From the IMG/VR virus record IMGVR_UViG_3300045837_000026, positions 1-51,013 of that record: a stretch of 51,013 bases of DNA. One strand, given 5' to 3'. The stretch's first letter is position 1, and each line of letters opens with the position of its first letter. The stretch is from a virus (taxonomy: Duplodnaviria; Caudoviricetes). Shown one piece after another: positions 18,982 to 28,210 of the stretch. The notes under the pieces are model-generated. The model worked only from the letters and a program-made list of their open reading frames with translations, had not been told where the DNA came from and did no database searches. The position numbers and the translations under genes are program-made.

Positions 18982-19508
18982 TGGACCGCGCGCAGGCTAT
19001 CGCGTTGATGTTGCGGCTCGAAGGCGGCTACGTGGATCGTCCCGACGATCCGGGCGGCGCCACCAAGTACGGCATCACGCAAAAGCGACTCGACAGCCTG
19101 CGCGGAACGTTCCTGTCGTTACCTGCCAACGTGCGCGACCTGACGCCTGAGCAAGCAACGGGCATATACGGCGCCGTGCAATGGCGGCTGATTGCCGGCG
19201 ACCAGCTTGCGCCAGCCCTCGCGTGCCTGCTGCTCAACGCAGCCGTGAACTATGGCGAACCGACGGCTGTCATGCTGCTTCAGGAATGCGTCGGCGTGAA
19301 ACCTGACGGCGCAATGGGTCCGCGCACGCTCGCCGCCGTTGCCACGTGGCGTTCGGCCTATCTTCCCGAGCAGACACTACCGGAAGAGTTCGCCGCGCAC
19401 TGCGCCGTGCGGTATGCGCGCCTCGATGGACGACTTGACCAATTTGAGCTAGGATGGATGCGCCGACTTTTCCGCGTGTATACCTTAGCCATTTCGGAGC
19501 ATGCATGA
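18981..19508 (+). CDS. Endolysin, glycoside hydrolase family 108
   Basis: EGGYVD.PDDPGGATKYGIT motif; AVN.G, DG..GP.TLAA and F..GW..R motifs. Confidence 0.92.
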   Translation: MDRAQAIALMLRLEGGYVDRPDDPGGATKYGITQKRLDSLRGTFLSLPANVRDLTPEQATGIYGAVQWRLIAGDQLAPALACLLLNAAVNYGEPTAVMLLQECVGVKPDGAMGPRTLAAVATWRSAYLPEQTLPEEFAAHCAVRYARLDGRLDQFELGWMRRLFRVYTLAISEHA

Positions 19509-20182
19509 AATCCTTGACTCTACCTCACGCGCTTGCGTATCTGTTCGGGATTGGCGCCGCGGCGCTGCCCGTTGTTCAGCAGTTTGCACCCACTCTCGTG
19601 CCGGGGCCGACCGGGCTCGCTATCGCGGGCGGAGCCGGCGCGCTTCTCGCGTTCGGGCATCAGCTCTACACCATGTACCAGAGCAGCCAGAACGGCACCG
19701 TACCGGCGCCGAGTCCCGGCGCTGTCGTCAAAGTATTGCCGCTCTTGCTGACTGCCGCGCTCGTTGCGAGCCTGTGCGGGTCGCTTTCGGCATGCAAGAC
19801 GCTTCCGAGTGCCACTCAGCAGGCGGGCATTTCCGCAGCGGTGACTGTGGCGACCGGGGAGGCCATTCAGCAGGGCTCGACCGATTCTGTCACGTGGCGC
19901 AACCGGGCCGAGCAATTCCGAGCCATTGCGGTACAGGTCAAGGCGGTGAACGATGCGGGTAGCGCATCCCTGGCCACGCTGGCGGCCGATCTACAGCCGC
20001 AGCTCGCCAAGCTCGGGCCGGCCGACGTTATCGCCGCCAATGCGCTCGTAGCGGCTTTGACGCCCTACCTCGACGCGGAAATCAAGGCCCACCCGGAAGT
20101 CGGTAACGCGCAGGCGACCGTTGATCTGATTCTCGCGGCCGTCATTCAGGCGTGCGACGCGTACATTCCGATGACGGCCTGA
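19505..20182 (+). CDS. Lysis-region membrane protein with internal lipobox
   Basis: ATGA overlap; two N-terminal hydrophobic segments, a third ending in LSA-C (Cys97), then a helical domain. Confidence 0.6.
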   Translation: MKSLTLPHALAYLFGIGAAALPVVQQFAPTLVPGPTGLAIAGGAGALLAFGHQLYTMYQSSQNGTVPAPSPGAVVKVLPLLLTAALVASLCGSLSACKTLPSATQQAGISAAVTVATGEAIQQGSTDSVTWRNRAEQFRAIAVQVKAVNDAGSASLATLAADLQPQLAKLGPADVIAANALVAALTPYLDAEIKAHPEVGNAQATVDLILAAVIQACDAYIPMTA

Positions 20183-20619
20183 TGTTCCTGTCGCCTCTCA
20201 CGCTCCGCGCCGATCCGTTACCCGACAGGTGGATCGTCGCGGAGCCTTTGGTGTGGCAAGACCGTCTGTACGGTCGTATCGTCGTTCCAGTCGGCTTCCG
20301 TACCGACCTTGCCTCTACCCCCTTCCATGTTGACGACAACGGTCCGAGCCGGCGCCCTGCGGCCACGCACGACGCGCTGTACAAGCTCTATCGGCGCCTT
20401 GGGAAAGATTTCGCCGACCAGTTTCTACGGGACGCGATCCTCGCGGACGGCGGCGGCCGGTTCCGGGCTCAGGTGTACTATCGGGCGGTGCAATGGTTCG
20501 GCGGCCGGGCCTGGGCCGAAGACGGCGCACCGGTGACGGCGGCCGACTTCGATACTCCAGCCAATTTCGCCGCATGGCAGCTCGCCAGCGGATGGCGCAC
20601 AGGCCGCGCGGCGGGTTAA
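20182..20619 (+). CDS. DUF1353-family protein
   Basis: VP.GF.TDLAS.P, AA.HD.LY, AD..LR and YRAV..FG motifs. Confidence 0.85.
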   Translation: MFLSPLTLRADPLPDRWIVAEPLVWQDRLYGRIVVPVGFRTDLASTPFHVDDNGPSRRPAATHDALYKLYRRLGKDFADQFLRDAILADGGGRFRAQVYYRAVQWFGGRAWAEDGAPVTAADFDTPANFAAWQLASGWRTGRAAG

Positions 20620-20789
20620 TTAGTTCCCGCAGGAACCGCTTCAGCCTTGGGAAACACGGGTCGCGCCAACACGGTTTGCGCAGTGCCCTGATAGCTCGTG
20701 TGCTCTTTCACGGTGAACGTAGCCGTGACCTTCTTGCCGCGTTCCCCGAGCCAGCGCTTGCCGTGTGAACACTTATCAGGAAGGCTCAT
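20616..20789 (-). CDS. Small protein or gene fragment (57 aa)
   Basis: Hand-translated: MSLPDKCSHGKRWLGERGKKVTATFTVKEHTSYQGTAQTVLARPVFPKAEAVPAGTN. Confidence 0.45.
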   Translation of the reverse strand: MSLPDKCSHGKRWLGERGKKVTATFTVKEHTSYQGTAQTVLARPVFPKAEAVPAGTN

Positions 20790-20804
20790 GCTTCGCTTCC
20801 ACGG

Positions 20805-21011
20805 TTACTTGGCTTCTTCGGTCATGATGGCAGTGACCTTCGGCTCGCCCACAATGCGCACGTCCGTGGGTTGCAGAGCCCTGCGCAACCGATCGAGCGC
20901 TCCTTCTGTGGCCTGCTGGTGGACCTGATCCAGCGAAGCGCCACCGCCCCAGCATGAGCCAGAATCAACTTCGACTGTGATTTGTACGCGGGCTCTGCAT
21001 CGAATCGTCAT
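20805..21011 (-). CDS. Hypothetical protein
   Basis: Coupled ORF with GGAG SD. Confidence 0.6.
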   Translation of the reverse strand: MTIRCRARVQITVEVDSGSCWGGGASLDQVHQQATEGALDRLRRALQPTDVRIVGEPKVTAIMTEEAK

Positions 21012-21229
21012 TTACCTTCTCCTGCGCTGACAGGGATTCTTTCACGGAATTCTGGATCGTCCTTAGAGTGCTCATCGCACCACGTCCATCCGTCTGTCAT
21101 GTTGTTGCAGCCGATACTGCGCCATACAGCCGGCTTTTCACACGGAGGGCCGCCCCCAAATCTATTGTAGTAGCACGGGATATGACCAAAGCCGTATTTT
21201 TGCGACGTTTCAAGATCCATTGTCAGCAA
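21008..21229 (-). CDS. Hypothetical Cys-rich protein
   Basis: C..PA and WCDEH motifs; overlaps its neighbours; exact start uncertain. Confidence 0.55.
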   Translation of the reverse strand: MLTMDLETSQKYGFGHIPCYYNRFGGGPPCEKPAVWRSIGCNNMTDGWTWCDEHSKDDPEFRERIPVSAGEGK

Positions 21230-21422
21230 TCCACTGTTGGACGGACTTCGCGGCCTCGATGTAGGCCGGCGAAGGCGTCTTGGTGATCTCCTGGCCGGGG
21301 CGGTAGGTCGCCCAGATTCGATCCCGAAGCGCTTTGGGCAGCCGGAACCAGTGCGACTTGCAGCCCCACATCTTCGGCGGGACAGCGACCTTGCAACCGG
21401 GCCAGTGACAGGTATGCGTCAT
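21210..21422 (-). CDS. Small zinc-finger-like protein
   Basis: HTCHWPGC...VPP.MWGC..HW..LP..LR..IW motif, common in phages. Confidence 0.7.
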   Translation of the reverse strand: MTHTCHWPGCKVAVPPKMWGCKSHWFRLPKALRDRIWATYRPGQEITKTPSPAYIEAAKSVQQWIADNGS

Positions 21423-21634
21423 GACGCACTACGAGAACGTCGCTTCGGCTTCGGTGTCGGTATCGGCCATACGAGCCATGCCTCCCGTAGATCCTCGTAG
21501 GCCCCGCGCCCCTCCGCTCGCGTCGCGTACACCGCCACGACGCGTCGACCACCTTCATACGGGGAATCGTAGGTGTGTGGCTTTCCTTCGCTGAAACCAA
21601 CCCACACCGTTTTTATCTGGTTGCCTCTTCTCAC
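21419..21634 (-). CDS. Hypothetical protein
   Basis: ORF in the coupled leftward string. Confidence 0.55.
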   Translation of the reverse strand: MRRGNQIKTVWVGFSEGKPHTYDSPYEGGRRVVAVYATRAEGRGAYEDLREAWLVWPIPTPKPKRRSRSAS

Positions 21635-21652
21635 GGATGCTTACCCTCGTCT

Positions 21653-21786
21653 CTATGACCGCGCCACAACGCAGCAGCCGCCCGGCTTACGCGCTTCGGG
21701 GAACCCTGGCGGTGCGTACCAATTTTCTCGAACCGTAACGCAACGGAAAGGGGCTTTGCCAAGGCCGGAACGCTCGAACGGGTGCA
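21653..21786 (-). pseudogene. Short or truncated gene MHPFERSGLGKAPFRCV (44 aa)
   Basis: Strong AAGGAG SD and own promoter; the N-terminal motif is recalled from longer phage proteins. Confidence 0.45.
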
Positions 21787-21815
21787 TAACGGGCTCCTTA
21801 TGTGGAAGTGTGGCC

Positions 21816-21859
21816 AGTATGCACCCGTTTGACGGTTCCGTCAAATGACGTGCGTCACA
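21816..21859 (-). promoter_or_regulatory. Sigma70-like promoter TTGACG-N17-CATACT with palindromic box and CRP-like box
   Basis: Palindrome 21829-21844; TGTGA-N6-TCATT at 21844-21859 on the minus strand. Confidence 0.75.
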
Positions 21860-21861
21860 GT

Positions 21862-22338
21862 TCAGGGCCGCCCACACCGCGCGCCGAACGGCGTAGCTCC
21901 GCGCGAGAAATTGTTGGCCACGCTGGCCCCGGTCGCCAGGATGCTGACGGCATGCCATGCAATGCGCCCCGTATACCACGCGCCGACGTTCCCGTCATCG
22001 TCTTGTTCCGACCGATTAACGTGGTCATCGAACCAACGAGACACGTACGAGTGTACCGGCATAAGTAAAACGTTGATGGCCACGACTCTCGAACTCGACG
22101 GGTTCGGGCCGCCGTACATCGTACGCGCGAATGGGTCGGATTCGGAGTAGCACGTTGGCTTGCGCACGAACTGTGCAGTCTGCGCCGTGTCGATAGCGTC
22201 GAGTGTTTGCCAAACCGTCTCAGCTACACGGCTCGACGTGGCTGTAGGGAACGCAGCGCAACCGCTCGTCAAGATGGATATGGCCAGCACGACGAGAATC
22301 GCCACGATGAACGGCCAGTTTTCGCGTAGGGTTTTCAT
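21862..22338 (-). CDS. Putative lipoprotein/membrane protein
   Basis: Basic N-terminus, hydrophobic stretch, LTSG-C lipobox. Confidence 0.65.
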   Translation of the reverse strand: MKTLRENWPFIVAILVVLAISILTSGCAAFPTATSSRVAETVWQTLDAIDTAQTAQFVRKPTCYSESDPFARTMYGGPNPSSSRVVAINVLLMPVHSYVSRWFDDHVNRSEQDDDGNVGAWYTGRIAWHAVSILATGASVANNFSRGATPFGARCGRP

Positions 22339-22586
22339 GACTTGTCAGCCTCGTCCGGGGCCGACGCAACCTCGATAATCCATGAGGCGCCGCGAACGCT
22401 GACCATAAACACGTCGTTTGTGAGCTTCTCCGCTTCGGCCGGGAGCCCTGCTGCTTCCAGTGCGAACACCGCGCCACAAACCATGTTGATTGCGGCATCG
22501 TCCAGTTTCTTGCCCTTCATGTTGGGCTGTATCTGTTCGCACCGAGCCAGAATTTTTCGGGCGATTGTCTTTCGTATGCTGCTCAT
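22335..22586 (-). CDS. Hypothetical protein
   Basis: ATG 22586 with GAGG SD; coupled to both neighbours. Confidence 0.6.
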   Translation of the reverse strand: MSSIRKTIARKILARCEQIQPNMKGKKLDDAAINMVCGAVFALEAAGLPAEAEKLTNDVFMVSVRGASWIIEVASAPDEADKS

Positions 22587-22921
22587 GTTGATTTCCTCTT
22601 GTGCAGCCGATGGTTTCGGCCATTGTGACAAAGATTGCAATACTCACTATCAGGAATCATCGGGTTGGTTTCAAACAGGTGTGAGTGAGCCGCGAGAATA
22701 TGATTGATAGCGGTATCAATATTGCTGATTACCCAAGTGTTGTGATGCGCGCGAATTCGCTCGCGAATAAACTCAGTAACGTTCTCTTCCGTCACGAGTC
22801 GGCCATCGAAGAATCTTACGGGTCTAGTTCGGTCCCCGCATGGGTTTTCAAACTCAGCCTTTTCGAGCGTTGCGTATCCTCGGGCTTTTTCGAGTAGCCC
22901 GATAACGGTTTTGAATTTCAT
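22583..22921 (-). CDS. Hypothetical protein with C-terminal H..CxxC..H motif
   Basis: ATGA overlaps at both ends. Confidence 0.55.
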   Translation of the reverse strand: MKFKTVIGLLEKARGYATLEKAEFENPCGDRTRPVRFFDGRLVTEENVTEFIRERIRAHHNTWVISNIDTAINHILAAHSHLFETNPMIPDSEYCNLCHNGRNHRLHKRKST

Positions 22922-23175
22922 TTCAACACTTCCCGATGTACCTCGCGGCGTATCTCGCGGAGGATGACCATATACGTTTCGTGAGCTTCCCAAGCCTTAA
23001 ACATGGCATGATCGATCGCGCTGCGAAACTTACGCCGCCCGCGTTTCGTCAGTGCGCGAGCCTGCGATAGCCAAAGTTTGCGCTGTGTCCGATGGTATGC
23101 CGCACGTTTGACTTTACGAACGATGTTGTTCGTGAACTGACGTGCGTAATACTGTTTGATTGTTGAGCTACTCAT
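22918..23175 (-). CDS. Basic hypothetical protein
   Basis: ATG 23175 with GAGG SD. Confidence 0.55.
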   Translation of the reverse strand: MSSSTIKQYYARQFTNNIVRKVKRAAYHRTQRKLWLSQARALTKRGRRKFRSAIDHAMFKAWEAHETYMVILREIRREVHREVLK

Positions 23176-23203
23176 GACAGAGCCTCGAAGCTGCGGCGCC
23201 GCC

Positions 23204-23389
23204 CTAAAATGGGATTCCCGGCTGTCTGCACTGCCCCAAGGGGCGGCGCCGCAAACTTTCGTCCGTCGCCTCGAAGTCGTAGTGCTGCAAGGTTCTGTCT
23301 GAGACTGCCTCGTGCTCGGCCCCCGTATACAAGCCGCCCTTGTATTCGCACGGTACGGTTGTTGCAGGATCATAAGTATATTCCGGCAT
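23204..23389 (-). CDS. Hypothetical protein
   Basis: GGAG SD; first gene after a promoter. Confidence 0.55.
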   Translation of the reverse strand: MPEYTYDPATTVPCEYKGGLYTGAEHEAVSDRTLQHYDFEATDESLRRRPLGQCRQPGIPF

Positions 23390-23421
23390 ATCGGCGGCTC
23401 CAATTCGTTCAACGTGGCTTC

Positions 23422-23475
23422 ATGATGCCTTGATTTGACGGTACCGTCAAGTCTGGTTTTGTGACCCGCGTCAAT
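23422..23475 (-). promoter_or_regulatory. Promoter TTGACG-N17-CATCAT with perfect palindrome and CRP-like box
   Basis: TTGACGGTACCGTCAA at 23435-23450; TGTGA-N6-TCAAT at 23460-23475. Confidence 0.72.
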
Positions 23476-25738
23476 CTTTGCGATAGCGGAATCCGCGCCA
23501 GCCGCCTTTCGCCTTAATTGGCCACGGAAGCCCGTCAGGCGTGTACATCCAGGGCAACGTTGCGCTCATGATCGCCTCGAACTCTACGATTGACCCCCAC
23601 CCCTCGCGAACTTCGCCGGCTATCTCGTCGTGCGTGTGTAGCACCGGGGCATATCCGGCCCGCTCTAGTCTGACAAGAGCTTTGGCTTGAATGTCCCGTG
23701 CGACAGCCTGCACAACGTTTTCCGTGAGAATGCCACCGTACAGGAACATCCGAACCCAGCCAATTGCGCCTTTTTTCGGGTTAGAGTTCCAGCCTTCATA
23801 ACTCAGCTCGTATTCCCACGGTGAGGCATAGTCGCGGGAAGATGGCGTAAGCCTGGGCTTGTGATACGTGAGAAACCGGCCGCTTGGCAAACGGCAATAC
23901 AACACGTCGTCGAAAACTTGATACCAGATATCCCGAACCGGAAACGCCAAACCGGGATGCTTTACGGCTGATATGGCCGCCCCCTCTAGGCCGAACAACT
24001 CGGGACGCTCGGAAGGTCGGAACTTATCACGAGTCTGACCGCCCCAGAATTCAACGATGCTGGGCGACGCTTCACGCCATTTTAGAATCGCCTGTTTGAT
24101 TTCATCATCGCTCAGGAACTCATCGGCGCCGAAGTTTTTCCATGCCCCGATCCAACCGCCGAACCCTGATGCAAGCTCGGCGAACTTGCCAATTTTGGCT
24201 CGTAGCGGATGATGTTGGCCTGTTTGTTTTTTGTGTCGTACGAACTCGTCGAACGGCGTGCCGGTAATCATCGAGGCGGACGCCTCGTATATCATCCCGT
24301 GCGTGCGGAAGACTTCGAGGCGCCATTGTTCGCCAGCTAGTGCGGCCGTGACAACACCCTCAATCGCAGAATAATCCGAACAGATAAGTTCGTGACCTTT
24401 TTTCGCGATAATGAGACTGCGCAGGCATCCCGCTACAGCTTCGATCGGATCGCCGTAGAGATATTCGACCAGCTCAAGGCAACGTGTTGCGATGGCCGCT
24501 AGAGCTTTCTCTATCTCTTCGATCGTCTTAAACTGCCCCTTATACAAATTCTGCGGTTGCGGCCCGTTCCCGGTCCAACGGCCGGTTCGAGCGGCATAGT
24601 AGCTGTACAGCCAATGCAACCGACCCCACGGCGTGGCCTGGGCTCGGAATGACCACAATTTCTTGACACTCGCGGCGCCCAGCATGCGCCGAATTTCCAA
24701 CACCCGGATAACGTCTTTCGGGTAGCCTTCTTTGAGTGCAAGCGCCCCTGCTATAACGTCGTCGGACAACGCGCGGAAGCTGCAACCGCGACCGTTGCAC
24801 CACGCGCGAATTTTCTCAACTTCGGATGCTTCGTTTACGGTGCCGTTGGTCAGCGCGCGAATTTCAGCGTTGTATTTTTCGTATGCCTGTTCTACAATCG
24901 ATATACAATTTTCAACGGCTGTCAAATCGACTTGCAACCCTCGGTCATTTATCTTTTGGTCCGTGACCCAGATTTCTAACTCGTCGGGCGATAGGTCCGG
25001 GCAGCGCAATGACGCCTCGGCTTCGGCGCGTAGGTCCTGACGGTTATAGGCGTAGAGTTTTCCACCGTCTACGGGGTCTTCCTGTGGTCGTATGCGGCGG
25101 CGCGGGTCCGTCTTTGTAGGGTTGCGCGGTACGCTGAACTTTTTCAACAATCGGTCGCCGTCTGCATCCTTCTGATTGACCAATTGCATGACTTTGCCGG
25201 AGTTCGCCAGCTTGCCGGGGTAAGCGTTCGCGCGAGCTTTTGCCATCGCGCAAATAAGCTGTTCGGGTCGAAGGCGCGGCCATCGCCATTTGGGGACGCA
25301 GTAGTAATTCCACACGTCGAACTCGAACGAGCCGACATTCCAGCCGGACAATACACCCCCATCTTGGATATAACGGAGTAACTCCCACGGGTGGCGCGGG
25401 TCGCCATACGGGGGCGAGCCGATTGGGTGCGGGTTGACTTCGCAAAGGCCGATCGGCTGTAAATCAACCGGGGGTATCCACGTGATTTCACCGGCTCCCT
25501 GTCGCATGTCGTACGACAGTGAGAGAATTTCAAACGTCGGGTGCAACACGTAGTTTCGGGTGCCGACGACTTCAAGGCCCCTGTTTTGTTCGGCGATGCC
25601 TTCGAGACTGTGCAGGCGATCGTTTTCCCAACGATATCCGGCTTCGCTGAACGTCTCGAAATCGGCTGATGGATAGACAGTAGTAACAAATGGGCCGGCC
25701 GCATATTGCTGACCGGCCCTAATATCACTCAACTCCAC
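23471..25738 (-). CDS. DNA polymerase, family A-like phage type with 3'-5' exonuclease
   Basis: DFETFS (ExoI), YN.QD..AE (ExoIII), RTGRW.G.G.QPQNL, DYSAIE (motif A), R..GK..ELA.GFGG (motif B), ENVVQAVARD and HTHDE (motif C). Confidence 0.93.
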   Translation of the reverse strand: MELSDIRAGQQYAAGPFVTTVYPSADFETFSEAGYRWENDRLHSLEGIAEQNRGLEVVGTRNYVLHPTFEILSLSYDMRQGAGEITWIPPVDLQPIGLCEVNPHPIGSPPYGDPRHPWELLRYIQDGGVLSGWNVGSFEFDVWNYYCVPKWRWPRLRPEQLICAMAKARANAYPGKLANSGKVMQLVNQKDADGDRLLKKFSVPRNPTKTDPRRRIRPQEDPVDGGKLYAYNRQDLRAEAEASLRCPDLSPDELEIWVTDQKINDRGLQVDLTAVENCISIVEQAYEKYNAEIRALTNGTVNEASEVEKIRAWCNGRGCSFRALSDDVIAGALALKEGYPKDVIRVLEIRRMLGAASVKKLWSFRAQATPWGRLHWLYSYYAARTGRWTGNGPQPQNLYKGQFKTIEEIEKALAAIATRCLELVEYLYGDPIEAVAGCLRSLIIAKKGHELICSDYSAIEGVVTAALAGEQWRLEVFRTHGMIYEASASMITGTPFDEFVRHKKQTGQHHPLRAKIGKFAELASGFGGWIGAWKNFGADEFLSDDEIKQAILKWREASPSIVEFWGGQTRDKFRPSERPELFGLEGAAISAVKHPGLAFPVRDIWYQVFDDVLYCRLPSGRFLTYHKPRLTPSSRDYASPWEYELSYEGWNSNPKKGAIGWVRMFLYGGILTENVVQAVARDIQAKALVRLERAGYAPVLHTHDEIAGEVREGWGSIVEFEAIMSATLPWMYTPDGLPWPIKAKGGWRGFRYRKD

Positions 25739-25818
25739 AACATCCCCTATCCCGCTCGCGCCTCGCTTCGTACAAGCTCAACGAACCGTCACCAGCCGCA
25801 GGCGCGAGCGGGAATTAG

Positions 25819-26832
25819 TTACACCATGTACCCGTTGTCGCGCAACGCTTGGTCGGTCCAGCCAGCACTACGGAATGCGGCATACGTGGTGCCGTTCGCC
25901 TTGGCTGTCATTTGCGGGCCGGCCGGGGGTGTCGGAGCCGCAGGGGGCGCGGGCGGCGGCGTAATATTCGGGACCGGGACGCCCGGAGCACCCAGGAACC
26001 CCGCGTACGGCTGCACAGCGGCCGGCGCAGGGGCCGCACCGTTTGGCGGCGGTGGAAGGCCGGGCAGCGCTGGCGCGGCGCCTGGGACTCCTACGGACGG
26101 CACAGCCGCAGGAGGCGGAACGAATCCGGTTGATGGAGCCGGAGCTACGCCAGGAGCCGCAGGGGCAGCGCCCGGAAGCGCGCCAGCCGCGCCCATAGCT
26201 CCTACCGGGGTCGCAGACATGCCGGCCGGTGCTGGACCCTGGCCGAAGCCGACCGAGGCGAAATCCGGCCCCTGGACGATTTCCGGCCCATACCCCTGCA
26301 AGGCGATACCCGAATGATTCAGATACACTCCCGGAGTCTGCTGCGACTCGTTGCTGGCCACGTCGCCCAATACCTGTACGTAGTAGCCCGGCTTCACCGC
26401 GTTGGGTTCGAGAATGAACTGCGAGCCGTTGGAGTTCAGGATTTTCGGCGCGAAGGACGAGCCGAACGCAAGTACCCAATGGCCCGGATAGCCTTCGCGG
26501 GTGTTGGGGGCGCGGCCCTTACGGTTCGGTACCGGGCTGTCGCCGTCGGTAATCTTCCACGCGAACGTCGGGGCGTTGGCTTCCCCACGTGGCCACGATG
26601 CCATAGCCGCGTCGTAAATGATTTTGCCCCACGGCGTATGTGCCCAATGCTGTTCGCCGGCTTTGGGAATCGCGAGCCCAAACGGATAATCAACACGGGG
26701 TTTTCCTGCGTTGGGTCCGTTTTTGATGACGAGGGGGCGCCCCTCAGCGTCGGTTGTCTTGGGCTCATATAGATTGCCCCATACGATACGACCGGTAGGT
26801 GTGCGGAAACGTGTGACTTGCGGCGTGCTCAT
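25819..26832 (-). CDS. Single-stranded DNA-binding protein (DUF2815-like) with Pro/Ala-rich tail
   Basis: P.GR.VWG.L, FAWKI.DGD, VKPGYYV.V and PGVYLNH motifs; lies between polymerase and DUF2800 nuclease. Confidence 0.8.
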   Translation of the reverse strand: MSTPQVTRFRTPTGRIVWGNLYEPKTTDAEGRPLVIKNGPNAGKPRVDYPFGLAIPKAGEQHWAHTPWGKIIYDAAMASWPRGEANAPTFAWKITDGDSPVPNRKGRAPNTREGYPGHWVLAFGSSFAPKILNSNGSQFILEPNAVKPGYYVQVLGDVASNESQQTPGVYLNHSGIALQGYGPEIVQGPDFASVGFGQGPAPAGMSATPVGAMGAAGALPGAAPAAPGVAPAPSTGFVPPPAAVPSVGVPGAAPALPGLPPPPNGAAPAPAAVQPYAGFLGAPGVPVPNITPPPAPPAAPTPPAGPQMTAKANGTTYAAFRSAGWTDQALRDNGYMV

Positions 26833-27989
26833 GCGTTATCAGCTCCAAATACTTTAGAAAATTCGGTTGTTGAATTCGGCTTGAGATGAAGTTTTGCCGG
26901 GGAACGGTGCGCATATTGACCAACTATGACGTTTTCGTCAATACCGGCATCGATTGCTTGTCGTGGTGTTATGGGCTCCTGCGGTTTGACAAGGGGAATT
27001 TTGATGAACTCGCCGAATCGGCGCAGTTCCTCGACGGTCACGTCGTCGTTCCACTTCAGCGTAGAGCGGCCCGGCTGTAAGCTCCAGTGTGCTACACGCT
27101 GACCACTACGCGCAACCGCGTCAAGATGCGCATGCAACGCCTCGCGCCGAGCTTCCAACACTTCGGCCGCAGCTTCGAGAATACGCAGCTCGCGCCCCAT
27201 TGCGTCAACGGGCATGTTGAGCGGCTCGCCTGTCGTGGCGTACTCAACAACGTCATACGTCAGTGTTTGTAAGGCGGGACAAATCAGCCGCGCTTTACAA
27301 TCGAGGCAATGCCGTCCGGCCTTCAACGGCGGGTTCGGCTTCAATGCCTCGTGAGCAGCCGCGTGAAGCTCATTCACGTGTGTGCGGATATCAACCGCTC
27401 GAACGCGCCACGTTCTGACAGGTCCATTGCGGTGGAAGCTGCGAGGCTGGACAATCACGAGTTCCAACGTGATGTTCATGTCGGGCAAGTTCAACCGTTC
27501 GAGCACACCGGCCGCATAGGCAACGAGTTGAGAATTCTCGAATTCCTCGACATAGCGGTGACCGTATTTGAAGTCAACTATGCGGACTATCCCTGAAGGA
27601 TACGAATGGTCGCCGGCTGGGTTCGGCCAGTATTTCCATGCGTCGGGCGTACCCCAACAATCCGTTTCGTGAACGCGCTGAATGCTCACGGGGTCTTCGA
27701 GCCGCAAATACGTGTCTACCGGTCCGCAGGCTTTGGCGTACATCCGTGCCGCCGCCCACATGTCCGCGTCAATCGTCCATTCTCGGCCGCCGCAATTGAA
27801 CTTGTCGCCGATTTTATAGCTTTCTCCGTGGCCAGCCGCGTGCATCATAGCAACAAGGTGCGCGGCGGTTCCTTCGGCTTCCTCGTCGGTCGGAGGCACA
27901 GGCGGCGCGCGTTCCTGCATTTGAACGCTACCCGCGCAAATTTTGGTGAGATGAAGGCTACTCGGTGCGATGCGTGCGTGTGCGGTCAT
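26829..27989 (-). CDS. DUF2800/Cas4-like PD-(D/E)xK exonuclease
   Basis: HA..APSS, EGTAAH, WGTPD, DFKYG, N.QL..YA.G, IVQPR and G.HC..C motifs; start placed at ATG 27989. Confidence 0.88.
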   Translation of the reverse strand: MTAHARIAPSSLHLTKICAGSVQMQERAPPVPPTDEEAEGTAAHLVAMMHAAGHGESYKIGDKFNCGGREWTIDADMWAAARMYAKACGPVDTYLRLEDPVSIQRVHETDCWGTPDAWKYWPNPAGDHSYPSGIVRIVDFKYGHRYVEEFENSQLVAYAAGVLERLNLPDMNITLELVIVQPRSFHRNGPVRTWRVRAVDIRTHVNELHAAAHEALKPNPPLKAGRHCLDCKARLICPALQTLTYDVVEYATTGEPLNMPVDAMGRELRILEAAAEVLEARREALHAHLDAVARSGQRVAHWSLQPGRSTLKWNDDVTVEELRRFGEFIKIPLVKPQEPITPRQAIDAGIDENVIVGQYAHRSPAKLHLKPNSTTEFSKVFGADNA

Positions 27990-28159
27990 GATGCCTCGAT
28001 TTCGGCCAATGCCTCGAAGTATTCGGCTCTTACCTGATGGAGTCGGCGCGCATCTTCGCTTCCCGACCACAGATTGAGCGCAGCTTGCTCCTCCCGCTCT
28101 TGTTGACGATGGTAATCTGCGAGCGCTTGCAACTCGTCTTTCGTCAATTGGACGATCAT
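27986..28159 (-). CDS. Small hypothetical protein (57 aa)
   Basis: AGGAG SD; MIVQLTKDELQALADYHRQQ...; ATGA overlap with the nuclease; absent from the ORF track. Confidence 0.6.
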   Translation of the reverse strand: MIVQLTKDELQALADYHRQQEREEQAALNLWSGSEDARRLHQVRAEYFEALAEIEAS

Positions 28160-28210
28160 ACAAACTCCTAACCGGCACAGGGCGCCGAAGCGCCCCGACC
28201 GTGTTGATTG

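Noticed and set aside
26829-27989. CRISPR-associated Cas4
   Set aside because: No array or other cas genes; its position beside SSB and polymerase fits a stand-alone phage exonuclease.
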